From Bilabrum cf. latius (lineage: Eukaryota): DNA of 64,000 nt. The translations under genes and the position numbers were made by a program. Position 1 is the first letter of the stretch; every line of letters starts with the position of its first letter. Positions 1-13,184 of the stretch are shown here, one piece after another. Under the pieces are notes generated by a model. That model did no database searches. It was not told where the DNA came from and saw only the letters and a program-made list of their open reading frames with translations. Location: contig OZ237735.1 in NCBI GenBank assembly GCA_965178125.1, positions 2,728,001-2,792,000 of the forward strand. The letters are read 5' to 3'.

Positions 1-2381
1 GCCACTCGCAGCTCGTGCTGCCTCGAAGCCGCCAGCTCTCGGGAGGGCCCGCCCAGCATTGGGACGGCCCCTGCCCGCATGCGATTGGCGGCCCCTGCGC
101 CATGCATGGACCCAGGCAGGGAGGGGGGGACGTGGGGTACATGCATGGCCCCAGGTCCTGGTGGCACGCTCGGTGCGTACTGCCTCTGCATAGAGCGCTG
201 GTGCTGCTGGCCCGTGCCCCCGCCGGTATGTGCGCGCAGCTCGGGGGGAAGCGGCGGAAACCCACCCACCCCTGGCTGGTTGTCCATCGGAGCTGCGTGC
301 ACGGCCGGGCCGCCACTGCCTGGATAGCCAGCCTATAGCCGGGCTGCGTCTGCCAGAGCCCCTGCTGCCGCCGCCGCCCCTGGGCCACCGCTCGACACTG
401 CAGCTCGCAGTGCCGCCTCATCCGCCTCCCTGCTGGCGCGCTGCGCCTCCATGCCGGACTGCCGTCCCACCCGCTCGATGACCGCCGCGAGATCGATCAG
501 CTGCGACCCGGTGCTGCCCGGCATGCGCCCTGTCCCCTGTACACGAGGCACCAACCCTGCCCCGTCCTCGTCCTCTCTAGACTGGAACCTCACAGTGCGC
601 ACCGCTTGCCCCGCTTCTGCTGTCTCCCGGCTGACCCCGAGCTGGCCCTCCGGCACCGGCACCCCGTATTTGGCCCGCAGCAGCTCTGAGAGGTCCTGCT
701 GGATCCGCTGCAGCAGGACACCCGTGCTAGCGGCGCGCTGTGCCTCCTCTCGCGCGGATTGAAGGTGGGCCTGGGCCTGCAGCCTGGCCATGCCCGTTCC
801 CGTGCCGCGTGCAGAGCCGGGTGCAGACAGCGGGGCGTACCCGGCAGGAAGCGCGGCACCGCCAGCGTCACGTGGCTGCGGGGCTCTCCGCTTGGATGCA
901 GCTTGTGCTGCTGCGGCGGCGGCTGCAGCTGCGGCTGCCGCAGCCGCCGCTGCCGCAGCTGCCGGATCGGAACTGCTTGATCCAGCGCGAGTGCCAGCAC
1001 CACTGAGCTGAGTGCTTCCTGTTTTGCCACTCCTGCCAGCAGTGGCCCCGACAGCAGCACCCCTGCCTCGCCCTTTGCCCCTGCCCCTGCCCCTGCCACG
1101 ACCTCGGCCACGCCCCCTGCCCCTGCTCCTGGTCGCACCGCCGGCTTGCTGACTGCGAGTCCTCGCCGCTCCCCGGCCTCTTCCTCTGCTTCGCACGGCA
1201 GGCGCCCTCCTCCTGGCCCCCAGCAGGTCCTTGATTGCCTCCTCGTCAGAGTCATCCTCCACGGAGGACTCCTTCTGCTCCTCGTCCTCGTCCTCATCGT
1301 CCTCGTCCACATCCTCCTGCCCGCTGGCCTCGTACTCGTCCTCGTCGTCCGCCTGGCTGCCCCCGTCCCCCCATAGATCACCAAGCACGCTACCAGCCAC
1401 AGAGGCGCCCCCGCCCCCGTATGTCCCATGCATCCCACCAGCACCAGCACGCAGTGCACCCGCAGCCAGGAGAGTTTGCTCCGGAGGCACAACCTGCTGC
1501 TGGGCCTCCTGCAGCAGGCCCTCCACCTCTGACCTGGGCACGCGGATGCGAGACGGGTCCCTCATCCAGCCCTCCGAGTCCCCGCCCCTGCTGCCGATGG
1601 TCCCGCTTGCGGCCCCCGTGGTACTTGCGCCGTCGGACCCTGCTCGCCGCCTGTGCTGCTGCTACTGCAGCCCGCCCCCGCCCCTGCCCCTGCCCCTGCC
1701 CCTGCCGCTCGCCCCCTCATCGCCATCACCGTCCTCCTCCGCATCGCTAAGCCGGAAATCAGAGTCCACGTCGGGCCTGTCCTCATCCGTGAGCCACGAG
1801 AGGAGGCTGTTCAGGTCATCGTCGTCCCCTCGCCGCCGAGGGATCCGCAGCGAGGGCGCAAGGGACGGGGCCAGGGAGCCAGCCACGGAGGCGCGGCCGG
1901 TGGGAGAGCCCGTCCCGGCATCTCGTAGACTACCATGCATGCCTTGCCGTGGCTGCATTGCGTTTCTATCTGCCTCATCTTCCCTCATGCGCCGCAGGAA
2001 CGCCATATAGTCCACTCTTGCCAAATCTACCGGCTCCCCCACGGACGCACCCCGTTGCGGGCTTGGTGCGCGATCAGCCTAATACCGACCAGATGTTTGT
2101 GTCACAGCTTGCCTGGATCGCCCGCTCGACCCTGGTGGCCCTCTCCGGCCAGCTGCAGCAGGTGACTGGATTCTGCTGAGCCGAGCTTCGCGTCTGGCTG
2201 CGGCAGCGGCTCGAAGCTACCTAGTTTCCTCTCTAGGATCGGGTAGTGCATCATGAAGCACCATTGGAACGGATTCAATCGGTACCTGATCCATGGGAAG
2301 CCGCGCGCGGGTTCTCTATGCGATCGAGCTGGACGGGGCATTCCTACTTGACTACGGGGGCATTTCTTGATTATCGTCCAT
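1..2381 (-). CDS. GON4L/YY1AP1/DUO3-like nuclear protein, 5' part (runs off the window start), TAG read as Gln
   Basis: ATG at 2381 follows an upstream in-frame TAA. One frame continues through ORFs 1662..2042 and 333..1565 to base 1, interrupted only by TAG. Motifs SIA[TAG]RTRARLPMDQVPIE, DYMAFL and RIRVPRSEVEGLLQE resemble GON4L-family blocks as I recall them. Confidence 0.6.
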
Positions 2382-2642
2382 AGTAGAAGGCAAGCACTAC
2401 CGGTGTGTATGATTTTAAGCAGTACCTGGCAAGACCATTTGGTAACGAGACGATTTCGTTCCGATAATCGAGGTTTTAGATTCAAATTTGCGATCCCCTG
2501 GGGCATTATCGCTCCGGGTGGGCTGTCTTGGCGTGGCCAGTGGCCACTGGCACGCGGTTGAGATTCCCGTGCAAAGGCAATGCCAACTTTCAATACCCCG
2601 CAAGCAGTGCGGCTGTACAATGTCGCATGAATGATGACCGCT

Positions 2643-2948
2643 TCACATCGTCTTGGACGATTCTACGGCGCGGCGCTTTACAGGTGGCCCTTCAGTCGAA
2701 TCGATGGTGTCGTTGCCATTCGCCCCAGTTTCGTCCTCCCTCGATCGTTTACTGCCTAGCGGGCTCTCTGTCTTTTGAGCGATGCCAGCACTGTCTTCGC
2801 CCTCAGCCGATGGCTACGGGTGCAACGATTTCGATGGACCATCCGTACCAGTCGATGACTTGGATGGCCCCACTGCGCCAGCACCACCTGATGCGCCTGT
2901 GCCCGTCGCTGGTGGTCCCGGGACCGCGCCGGATCCAAGCGAGGACGA

Positions 2949-2999
<51 letters not shown>

Positions 3000-4361
3000 A
3001 CTGGTGGACGACTCGTTCGTATGAGTAGGAGCAGCAGCAGGGGCCGGGGCCTACGGTTGAGCCTGTGCAGGAGGAGGAGCCGGGGATGGGGCACTACCTG
3101 CTGCTGGCATGGTGCTTGCTCCTGGTGCCGGCGGGCCTATCATTGCTGGTTCAGAGGGCGAGCTGGTTGAGGCCGAGGCGTGCGCATTGGTTGCTACTGC
3201 ATCAGCAGCATTCCCTGGTCCCTTGCCTTGCACTTGCCCTTGTATTGGCATGGCCGTATATGTCGAGGCGGCAGCAGGCCCAGAAGCAGAAGCGCCTGTC
3301 TTTGCCTTGCCAGCGGCCTGTCCCGTTTTGCTTCCGCCCTTGCTTGATTTCTTCTTGGAAGCAGCGCCAGCTGCAGCAGTCCCGCTGCTCCTGCGCCTGT
3401 TGCCACGACTGCTCTTGGGGGCATGCACCACCACGCGATGAGCTGGAGGCTTCCTTGCCTTGCGCTGCCGCCTCCGGAGAGCGATCCGCTGGGCTGCCTC
3501 GAGCCTGCGCTTCAGTGCAGCCGAGATATCGGCGTGCCGACGGGCGTACGCATCGTCCGTGAGGGCTTCCAGCGCGGCATCGACGCTCGCCGGAACCGGC
3601 ACTGACACAGGACCTGGGAATGATGCCAGAGCTGGCGCTGGTGCTGGTGCTGGTGCTGGTGCTGGTGCTGATGCTGATGCTGATGCTGGTGCTGATGCTG
3701 ATGGTAGAGCTGAGGCAGTGGCTGCTTCACACGTGGTGGCACTGCGGTCGGCTGCCTGCGATTGCGTCACATGTGCCGAGCCAACTGCTCCTATGGATGC
3801 ATCAGAGTTGACCGATTGGGTGCCCGATCTGGATGGTGCAGGTACCAGCACAGACACTGGCAAAGGCACACCCACACTGGTTGGCCTCGTTGCCATCAGC
3901 TCCTCCTCCGTGCTGAACAAGCCCTGACGGAGCCTTGCAGCGTCCTGCTGGGTCAGGTCATCGCGAGTCACGGCCTTGTTTTTCTGCTTGCTACTGCTGC
4001 TGCTGCTGCTGCTGTTTGCAGGCTGGCCGCTGGTGGACTTGCCTGCTGCTGCAGTTTGGCTAACTGCACCTGCACTGGCATCGGCAGCGTCCGGGGCAGC
4101 CGACAGAGCCTGCCGCTCTGATGGTATGCTGGCATCAGTGCTGGTCGTCGCGCCCACACCCTGACCGCGCTTGTCGCTGCCAGCCTGGCCCGCGTTAGCA
4201 GGCGGTCCCGCCCCTCGCTCTCCGGCAGGACGAGCGGTAGCCGGCTGCAGCGCGGCCGCTGACCTCTCAGTCGCCTCGGCTGCTTTCTCGCACTCGAACG
4301 TGGCTGAGCTGGAGGCACCGGTGCTGGTGCTGCCGACCGCAGACCCAGACCGTGGGGGCAC

Positions 4362-4396
<35 letters not shown>

Positions 4397-7300
4397 AATG
4401 TGCCGCACCAAGTCGGGCAGCAGCACTGCGAGCTGCCTATTGCACCTCAAGCTTGGCGACAGGTGCGCCCGACTGCGCCTTGGACCCAGAGTAGAACGAG
4501 TCCCAGGCAGTGGCCGGCCGCTGCCACCCTCCATGCCCCACTGTGCCAAACGAGGGCTCCGGGCCCAGCTGTGCCTCCCAGTCCACAGAGGAGCCTCCGG
4601 AGGCCACGGACGCAGGGCCAGCTACGCCGACGGCGCTGGGCCTGCCAGTATCACCCAGCCGCAGCCCGGAGTCTCCTTGTTGGCTCTCCCTAGACGTGTC
4701 ACGCGCGGTGGGCGTCCAAATGTCCATGGCGCGGTACCTGAGCGCAAGCCCGCTGCTGCTCGCGCCCTGCTGCGGGTCCTTGGGTCCACCGTCATTGGAC
4801 GAATCGGGGCTTGCTGCGCCGCCGCCCGTGGAAGAACCCATGCCCCGCCCCCGCCTATCCCTCTACCCGGGTCCGTCGCGGCCCCCGTGGTCCGACGCGG
4901 ACGAGACGGACCCTGCTCCCACCGATCCTGCGCCTGCGCTCGCCTGCCTGGCTCCTCGCTGGGGCCCCGGCAGCAGCCCCGCCCTTCTTGCCGCCTTGTC
5001 GAAGTCTCTGTCTCGGAGACCAGCCGCGCGCCAGGCCTCCCGCTTGTTCTCCAGCGTAGCGGCCTGGGCCTCCTGCATGAGCCGACCAGCGCGCGGAGAA
5101 GAGGCCGGCAGGGGAGTAGGCGGCTCAACTGCGGGGGACATGGGCTCCCACGCGTCGCTGCCGTCGCTGCCGCGTCTTCCCGCCAGCATACCCGGCCTGC
5201 CTGCGCCGCTCCCAGACCGCCGGCCTGGGGGAGACAGCGCGCCCGCCAGGCCTCTGCGCCCCACGCCGCCAAGCGGTTTCGGCTAGCCAGGCCGCACGGC
5301 CCCCACCCTGCCCCCAACGGTCGGGGCACCCACCCGCGGGGTGCTGCCCACAGGGGTGCCCAGCGGCAGGTTGGCCCCTTGCCCCCCTCGGCCCGCCCCT
5401 TCTGCTCCACTCTCAGAGCTGCCCGAGGGTGACCCCGCCGGTCGAGTAGCTCCTTTAGTGGCCTGTCGGATGCCAGTGGTTGGGCTGGCCTGCGGGAAGA
5501 AGGCAGACCCAGAGGCGACCGACAGCGGCAGCTGCACCGGCGGCGCCGTCTCGTCGCTGGCAGACCGCCGCGGGAGGCCCTGGAAATCGGAGCCGAAAAT
5601 ACCCCCATCTCCCCCAAGATGTGCATCGGGGGGAGCAAACGCTGCTTCCAGGGCATCCCGCAGCAGCGTCCGCATGTCTCGGATGGCACGCCTGAGGAGC
5701 GGGCGTGACCTAAGCCCCAGGGCCCCGCCAGTGATGCCGCGGGCGTCCTGCCCAAGCCCCACGTCCTCGCAGGCCCTGATCAGATCCAGGCACGTGGCTG
5801 CTTCTGCCACCAGCGGCCTGAGGTCCTCCCCCCCGGGACCCTCGAGCAAGAAACCCTCCCCTTCCGCCGACCGCTCCAGCTGCAGCGCCTCGCAGGCAGC
5901 CTCCAGGCCCTCGGACCAGACATCAACGCCAGTGGGCACCTCCGATGTCGTCACCAAGGTAGATGCTGCCGGTTCTGCAGTGCCGTGCATATCTGCGCCC
6001 TCGCTGGACCCCATCTGTAGCCCCAGCCCCAGCGCCAGAGCTGACTGGGACTTCGAATAGGACGAGGACGAGGATGAGGACGAGGACTCCGCGACAGAGT
6101 CATCTGATACTCGGATCTTCAGCTGTGGCTCCGGGCGAGGGGTGTCCGTGGCAGCCATACTGTCTTGCGGCGTGGCCAGCGCTGGCGGGGGCGGGGCCTT
6201 GCCTGTTCCAGCGTGAGCATCGTCCGAATCGCTCGCTGGATCTTGGCCAGAGTCCGAGCCGCCGGCCTGGCCCAGCAAGCCAAACACGGGCGGATAGGCC
6301 GCATCTGCGTCTCCAGTGTTTCTGGTTGTCGCGTCCGTGGGCTGCGCTCCCTGGCCCTGGCCCTGGCCCGAGCTTCGACCGGACACGTCCCTCCGCTCCG
6401 ATGCGGCCTACACGTGCCTCTGAGGCGCTTGCTCGCTGTACGGCTGCAAGGCCACGCGCATTGATGACAGCCCGCCAAGGAAGGGGGCAGCAGGGCCTGG
6501 TGCGTCCCCCACCTCGTCAGTTGCTTCATTGGCGCTTTCTGCCTTGTGACCCGTCCGACCTTGCTGCGGTGACGTGCCTGCATTATCACCTTCGGCTGCA
6601 GCCGTAGCACCTTCGGACGACAGGGCCAGACCCAGGTCCGTAGGACCGTCTGCACTTCCATCACCCCACACGGGCGACGCACGGGGCTGCTGAGGGATCC
6701 ATACTATGGGCCCGTCTGGCTCTGCGTGCGCTCCGCCCGCGTACAGAGGCAGCCCCGTGGTGGCACTCACGGCGACGCACGCCTCCCTATCACTGCCCCC
6801 GTTGCCGTCTCGTGCCTCCGCTCCGTCCATAGCGAATGGAGGTGCCTAGCTCGCAGGCGAGCGCACAGGGGGGCTACCACCCACTTCCCCGACCCGCGCA
6901 GCATTCTGACCCCCCTCTTCCTAGTCGTCGTCTGCCTCCATGGGCGGTTGCAGCGTCACTTCGCCCGCCAGTGAGCCCAGGCTGCGGGCCCTACCCGAGC
7001 TCACTGCCTTGTTGAGCGTCCTGGAGCCCAGCCCAGAGGCACCCACGGGCGGGACAGGCACCACGTCCTGCAGACCCACGCCCTCCGACCGAATAGACGC
7101 CTGGGAAGGGGTGGGTCGCAGCACGCGATGGGGAGGGCAGGCTCCGCGATCAGCACCAGCTGTGGCTGCGGCGGTGGCTGCGCCCGCGCCCGAGGATATC
7201 CCCGGTCCGCCCCGGGCTGCGGGTACTGGAGCGGCCAGAGAGCGAGCAACCGGGCCCGTCCCGCCGGCACCCCCGCCGTCTCGTTGCGAAGCCCCCCGCT

Positions 7301-10300
7301 CCGCCCGAGATCCCACGGATGGCCACACAGACTCTCGCGGCGTGCGCTCACCGGTGCGGGCACCATTGCCTGCACCCGACCCGGAGGCACCCGCACCCGC
7401 TGCATCGTGTGAGCCTGGCGTGACCGGGGGCTGCGCCAGCACCCCGAGGAGACCCCTGGGCTGAGACGAGTTCTCTCTCCCAGGCCCCTCGCTGCAGCCA
7501 GTCCCCGCGAGGGGTGGTGCTTCTGCCGAAGACAGGCCGCGCTACCGCAGCTGCGCGTGGTACGTGCGCCCCTGCCCACCCGCCTGCGTGGCAAGCGCCG
7601 GCGAGAGCGGCAGCGCAAACGACTGCGCCCTCCGCCTCCTCGCAGCTAGGATCCGCTCGCTGGCAGGGGGCTGCTGGGAGGGGCTCATGCCGCCCGTCTC
7701 CACCGCCTCGTCCCACAGCCTCGCGTTCTCCGGCCCCCGACGCTTGGAGCTGCGGGCCCCGGCCGCACCGCTGCTGCCGGGGGGCGATGCGGACCCCTGC
7801 ACGGTGCCGTCTTCGGTGCCCGCAACTGACGGCGCCCTGCCCCTCGGGCTGTGCGGGGCCAGCGAGGCGCCTTCGGACGAATCCGAAGCAGCCGCTGCCG
7901 TCGCGGCCCCTCGCCTTGTGTCACGCCTTGGTCTCGGTCTCGAGCCGTCCTCCCCCCGCGCCGGCGAGCCGGGAGAGCCGCCAGACCTCGTCTGGGCCGC
8001 TGCCGGCGCCTGCTTCTTGTGCTTGCCCTGTGCCCCGCCAAGCAGCTGGAATCGCCGCACGATGCTGAGCAGGCTGACCGGCCTCGAGGTCAGCGTGGAC
8101 CGCTTCCCCAGCATCGCGCCCGCCACTGCGTCCCCCATACCTGCGGTAATGCCGATGGCAGCTTCAGGTCCATCGGGTCCGGGAGCACCGCCCAGGTCCG
8201 CGCCCTGTTCCTCCGCGGTCCTCTTGCGGTCTGCCAGCGACTGCTCAGTGGCTGTCATGCCAGTCTTCACGTGCACTTGCTCCTGCGCCGGCCCGCGCGC
8301 GGTGCCGGCGGCCATGACCGCGTCCACGTCACCCTGCATGCGGGCCTGGCCCAGCTCTGCGCCCAGGAGGAACGCCCCGCTGCCGATGGCCGTCCGGCTG
8401 CAGCGGCGCCACCTCGCAGCGACCCCGCGGACGTCCTGCAGGCCTACTCGCTCCGGGTTCAGGGGGTGATCCGGAATCGAAACGACGGGACGTTTGCCGG
8501 AGGCGCTTGCCCCGGACGCGCTGTGCTGCGCCGCGTGCCCGAAGACCGAAGAAGACGCGCCTGCCGCTGCCGCGGATGAAGCTCCAGCTGTCCCTCTAGC
8601 CACTCCCCTATGCTCAGCAACGTCCCCACCGGTTCCAACATCTCCATCTGAGTCGCCGTCACCCTCAAGAAGCTGCTCCTTGACCTTGGCAGACGGCTGG
8701 CGGGCCCTGCCCCCCCTGCGGACCACCCCGGCAGCCCCCCCTGCGCCCCTGCCAGCAGCAGCCGCACTGCCGGCTCCCTTGTGAACCGGATGCGAAGCAC
8801 TCCCGTCCTTCTGCCCCACGCTTGTCGTTTTTCCCTGGGCCCCTTCCGTTGCCGCAAGCATCGCCTCCAGCGTCTCCAGGTCCTGCACGCCCAGCATCCC
8901 CGCCGCAGAGGGCCCCGTGCTCGCGCGCCTGGCAGCCTCAAGCACCGCCGAGGGCTGCATCGTGACCCGCTGCGCCAGCGACTGCGCCAGTCCTCCCGCG
9001 CCGCTGCCCGACGGCGCCGATTGCATGCCCAGGCTGCGGGCCACGATCGCCTTGCTCACGGGCATGCCCGGCTGCAGGCGGGCCCCCTCTGCGCCCAGCT
9101 TGGCCCATGACAGGGCGGGCTCAGGCTGCGCGGCCCTCGCTGATGAGGGCAAAGACAGCTAGGAGGAGGGGGCAGCCGTGGTGGCGGCGGCCGAGCGCTG
9201 CGCCTGGCCGCCCAGGGGCTACTACACGCTCGCACCTGCTGTAGATCCCCGGGCGCCAGATGTGGCTGCCGCCAGAGCCGTGGCGCGCTGGCCCGTCTGC
9301 CTGTCCTTGGCAGCTGTCCCGCGCGCAGCTGCTCCCGACTGCGACGCGCGCACATAGGCGTGGAGTGCCGCGACGGCGCAGATCTCCGATCCACCCGTCG
9401 CCACGTCGGCGGAGGCTCCTTTGCCCCACCACGCCTCGGAGCCAGCCAGACTGGGCGCTGCCTGCGGTGTCACGAGCGCGCCCCGCGGCTGCACCACGTC
9501 CCAGAAGGCGGCGGGGGGCTGCCGCATGCCCCTCAGCCACAGCTCCTCGGCCTCTTTGTGTGCCTCGGGGCCGCGGCCAGCGGCATCCGGGAGCCGGGGA
9601 CCGGCATGCGAACCCTGTCCCCGCGCCTTGCTGCTCTTGCCCTCCCCTTCACTTCCACCCTCCTTCGAAGCATCACCAGGGCCGTCCTTCACCGCCCCCC
9701 GTAGCACTGAGGCCGCCAGCCTGCCCCACACCAGGCCAGACCTCACCAGCAGACTCGTCGCATCTCCCCCGGAGAGCGACACAGACCCCAAGACGCCCCG
9801 CAGCAGCAAAGGACACGTATCGTGCCGTTCCTCGGCCAAGCGAACGCACTCGCCTCGGTGCAGCCGCAGCAGCACGGTTGGAGCCTCGCCCGCTGCCAGC
9901 GGTCGAGGGGCCTGCAGCCCGGCCTCCAGCGCGCTCCTGAGCCCGTCCTGGTCCCGGTCCCGGTCCTGGTCCTGCCCCCCGCCTGATCGAACGGGCGACT
10001 CGAGGTTCTCCGGGTCGCCGCTGGCCACCGAGCTGCGTCTGCTTTTCGGCAGGCGGAGCGGGGATGCCGGCGATCCTGGTCCCTGTCCCTGTCCGTGTCC
10101 GTGTCCCTGCCTGCCCTCCAGCACCTGACTGGCACCGCTCATCGACCGCATGCGCGAGCGGGGCCGTGGGGAGGAGCCCGCCCTCGAGGTCCTGCCCCAC
10201 GCGCTGCCCTCGTCCCAGTCGGACCTGTCGGCGAGCCAGCCGCCCACCGTGGAGGCACCCTGCATCGCTGCTTGCTGCACGAGAGCTGGGGCGCGGGGCG

Positions 10301-11597
10301 CGATGAGCACAGGAGATAGGCCGGGTCCATATGCGTGTGCACGCGCCCCCGCCCCCGCCCCCACCTCGCCTCGCCGGCTCTCAAGACACACTGATGCCCT
10401 GAGCTCCCCGCTTCTCACCATCGAGTCCACCACAGACAGCACCACCCCCTCTGGTAGTGTGCCAAGCAAGTCACCGCGGCATTCGGCTGACTCCCACCGG
10501 TCCCTCACCCGCTGCTCCCAGGCCCGCACCCCGCCCTCCGGCTCCCCCGAGGCCCGCACCTCGCCCTGAAGGAACGCCCGTCTCCTCCACAGGCACTCCA
10601 GCACCAGTCGGCAGCAGAGGGCCACGTCCTCGGGCACGCAGTCCGCCCGCAGCGCCTCCAGTGCACCGTCTGGGCGGGATTCCATTGCCGCTGCACGGGC
10701 TGCCTCTATCTGTTCCTCGGCAGAAACAGAGCCTCCAGCGCCCGCCGCCCTGCCTGCTCCCATACCTAGTCCGCCGGCTCCAACTGACCCGCTGCCCTGC
10801 CCCGCCTCGCTGCCGTCAGTCTCCAGCACGGTCCTGACCTGCCGCGATGCGATGCGCGCCTCGGCATCCAGCGCGATATCGTCTCCAACCCGAGCACACA
10901 TCTTTGCAGTGCGCTGCACCTCGCGGAGCAGCACCGGGCGGCTGGTAGGCCCGAGGGCCGCCAGGGTGGCCACTACGATGCACCTCGATACAGTCACCAG
11001 GCGCTGTTCCAGGCTCCGACCAGCGGCAGCAAGCAGCCGCCTGACCACAAATCGCTGTGCTTGAATATTCAGGTAGGGCGGGGTCAGCGCGCCTTCTGTC
11101 TCGGCCCACCCAGCTGGCTGCTACCAGCCCCGAGGAGGACGCGCAACTGCTCGCACAGCGTCTTGCAGCGTAGCCGGCGCTAGCAATGGAGCTTGCACGT
11201 CACCCAGCGACCGTGAGGCGCACGATCCAACTCTATGCACTGCTCTCGGTCCATGGGAAGCGATAATGCGTCGCCGAGCCCGCCGCATTCGCAGGGACTA
11301 CTGCAACGCATCTTGCCGGATCGCCTAGGCTGGAGGTAATGCAGAATCCACGAGGTTCTCCTCAGCTAGAGCTAGTCGAGAAGCAAGTGACACATAGTTG
11401 ACCTTCAATTTCACTTCACGTGCCAATGTAGACCTAGCGTGAGGCTGGGAACCCAATTGTGGGCTGATGCTGTTTGACTCGAAACGCCTTGAAACGGATG
11501 CCTGAATGCCCTCTGCTCCCCCATAATCTTGTTCCTTAGTAGAACATTCTTTATCTTGCTATTCAAACCAAGATCGAGCGAACTGTCCAGAAGACAT
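2643..11597 (-). CDS. Large (2984 aa) Ala/Gly/Ser-rich hypothetical protein with a possible PEHE-like motif near the C-terminus
   Basis: ORFs 9222..11048, 7542..9152, 6921..7442, 6408..6830, 5283..6386, 4863..5264, 4437..4841 and 3051..4361 share a frame and are joined only across TAG codons. ATG at 11597 has in-frame TAA/TGA upstream, and the frame ends at TGA 2645-2643. LTDDAYARRHAD weakly resembles the PEHE motif of MSL1/KANSL1. Confidence 0.65.
2948..3000. repeat. (CTG)n microsatellite encoding poly-Ser on the minus strand
   Basis: About 17 uninterrupted CTG units, read as AGC codons in the 2643..11597 frame. Confidence 0.9.
3631..3702. repeat. Hexamer repeat (GCTGGT/GCTGAT) encoding an Ala-Pro/Ala-Ser tract
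   Basis: Directly visible; it translates as SASASAPAPAPAPAP on the minus strand. Confidence 0.85.
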
Positions 11598-12091
11598 TGC
11601 AGCACAGGACAGTTTAACTAGCTTGGACCCAGCTGACGGTTAAATCCCTCAAAAACGGACCATCCAAGCAAGATACTCGACCCCCGCTTCGCAGTCGTGA
11701 TGCAAAATTAATCGTTTGATACTCCTGGTAGATGCGATCCAATGTAGCCTGCCAAATGTTGCGTGAAATGGACGATTATGCTCGTGCGGTTCCAGGATTC
11801 GTCACACTCTTGAGCGACGGCCGGTGGACTCCACCGCAAAACTAAAATATCGCCCGATTGTGCGCATGAATTCACCAGAAGTACGGCCATTCTTGGTACT
11901 CTGATTCAACGCTTGCTTTTGCCTGTGTGTGCTTGAGATGGAAGTTCAGATAGAAGAGATCTTCTCCAATTATCTTGTCAGCACTGTCGGCGCCGTCGGG
12001 CGCGAGCCACGCTTTTGCATAAGGCGCAAGTAAATATTTATCAACTCAGTAGTACAGCTGCTACCACTGCAGGGTGCAAGTCTACTCGCGA

Positions 12092-12858
12092 ATCATCGGA
12101 TGTTCGCCCGGATCATGACATCCTCGAGGTCCACCGCAGCCCTCGCAGGCTCCTCGCCCCGATCGATCTTGCTGCTGCTGCTGCTGCTATCGCCACCCTC
12201 ATCTGTCTCGATGCCACTCAATGCTCCTGTGCTCGATCCGCCTGCCAGTGGTGGCTGCATCTCTTCCACGCCTTCGATGTCTGCCCGAGCAGCCACGGAC
12301 GCCACCACGATGGCCCTGGCAGAGTCCGTCCCCAGCCGATACACGAACAGCACCAGCACCTTGCCCAGCTGCACCAGCGGCTCCTGCAGCACGATGTCCA
12401 CCACGAATGCAACCAGGCTCGCGACCACCCAGGCCCTCGCCTGCTCGGGTGTGAACAGGATCCCGTACAGGCAGCACAGGTAGAACATGAAGCCCACCAG
12501 CACAAGCATCACCCCGTACACCAGCCCGATCATGAGGCCTCGGTCCCACCACGCCTCCTCCCAGTCCTGCACCTGCTGCTGCCTCCTCCTCCTCGCGATG
12601 GCCCGCCTCCTCTTGAGCGCCCGCACGATCCGGGCGGCAGACCGCCTGGCCCCGCCCCAGGGCCGTCCCTGCCCTCCGAGTCCCTGGGCCCCCAGCGCGG
12701 CCTTGACCCCGCTCTGCAGCCGGGCCTGCTCCACGGCGTGCTCCTGGATCGAGCTGCGGTACCACTGGATCAAGAAGTACCCCCCTAGTATCATCAGGGC
12801 AGGCAGCACCTGCAGCCCCAGCACAAAGCCAGCGGCCTCGCCCGCGAAGGGCAGCCTG
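12092..12858 (-). pseudogene. Truncated near-identical duplicate of the 3' end of the polycystin-like gene (copy of about 18705..19489)
   Basis: Direct match over about 770 bp with a few substitutions and a shorter CTG run. Similarity stops abruptly at about 12858. An ATG at 12884 gives an open 263-aa frame, so expression is not excluded. Confidence 0.8.
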
Positions 12859-13184
12859 ACAGCTTGGTTGCTCGCACACTGCATGCCCCCACAGTGTCTC
12901 TCCTCATAGGCAGTATGACCGCTGTGTGTCCTGCAGCAGTATCAGGCTGATGTCCCGCAGACGTGATGCGACTACTGGCCAGCCACTAGTAGATCTAGTT
13001 CTAGAGTTCCTGGTTGCTCTTCGGCTCCGGAGCAGCCGTGTGTGCATCCTTCGTTTGTTCAGACGTTCGTATGCAAGATCAACGTGACACGAGGACTATC
13101 CTGACTCAATCTTATGCTAGATCAAGGCGGCTTCGGCCCCCAATATCTTGCCACAACGAGCCCGAGTTGAGGGATCCTGTCCTC

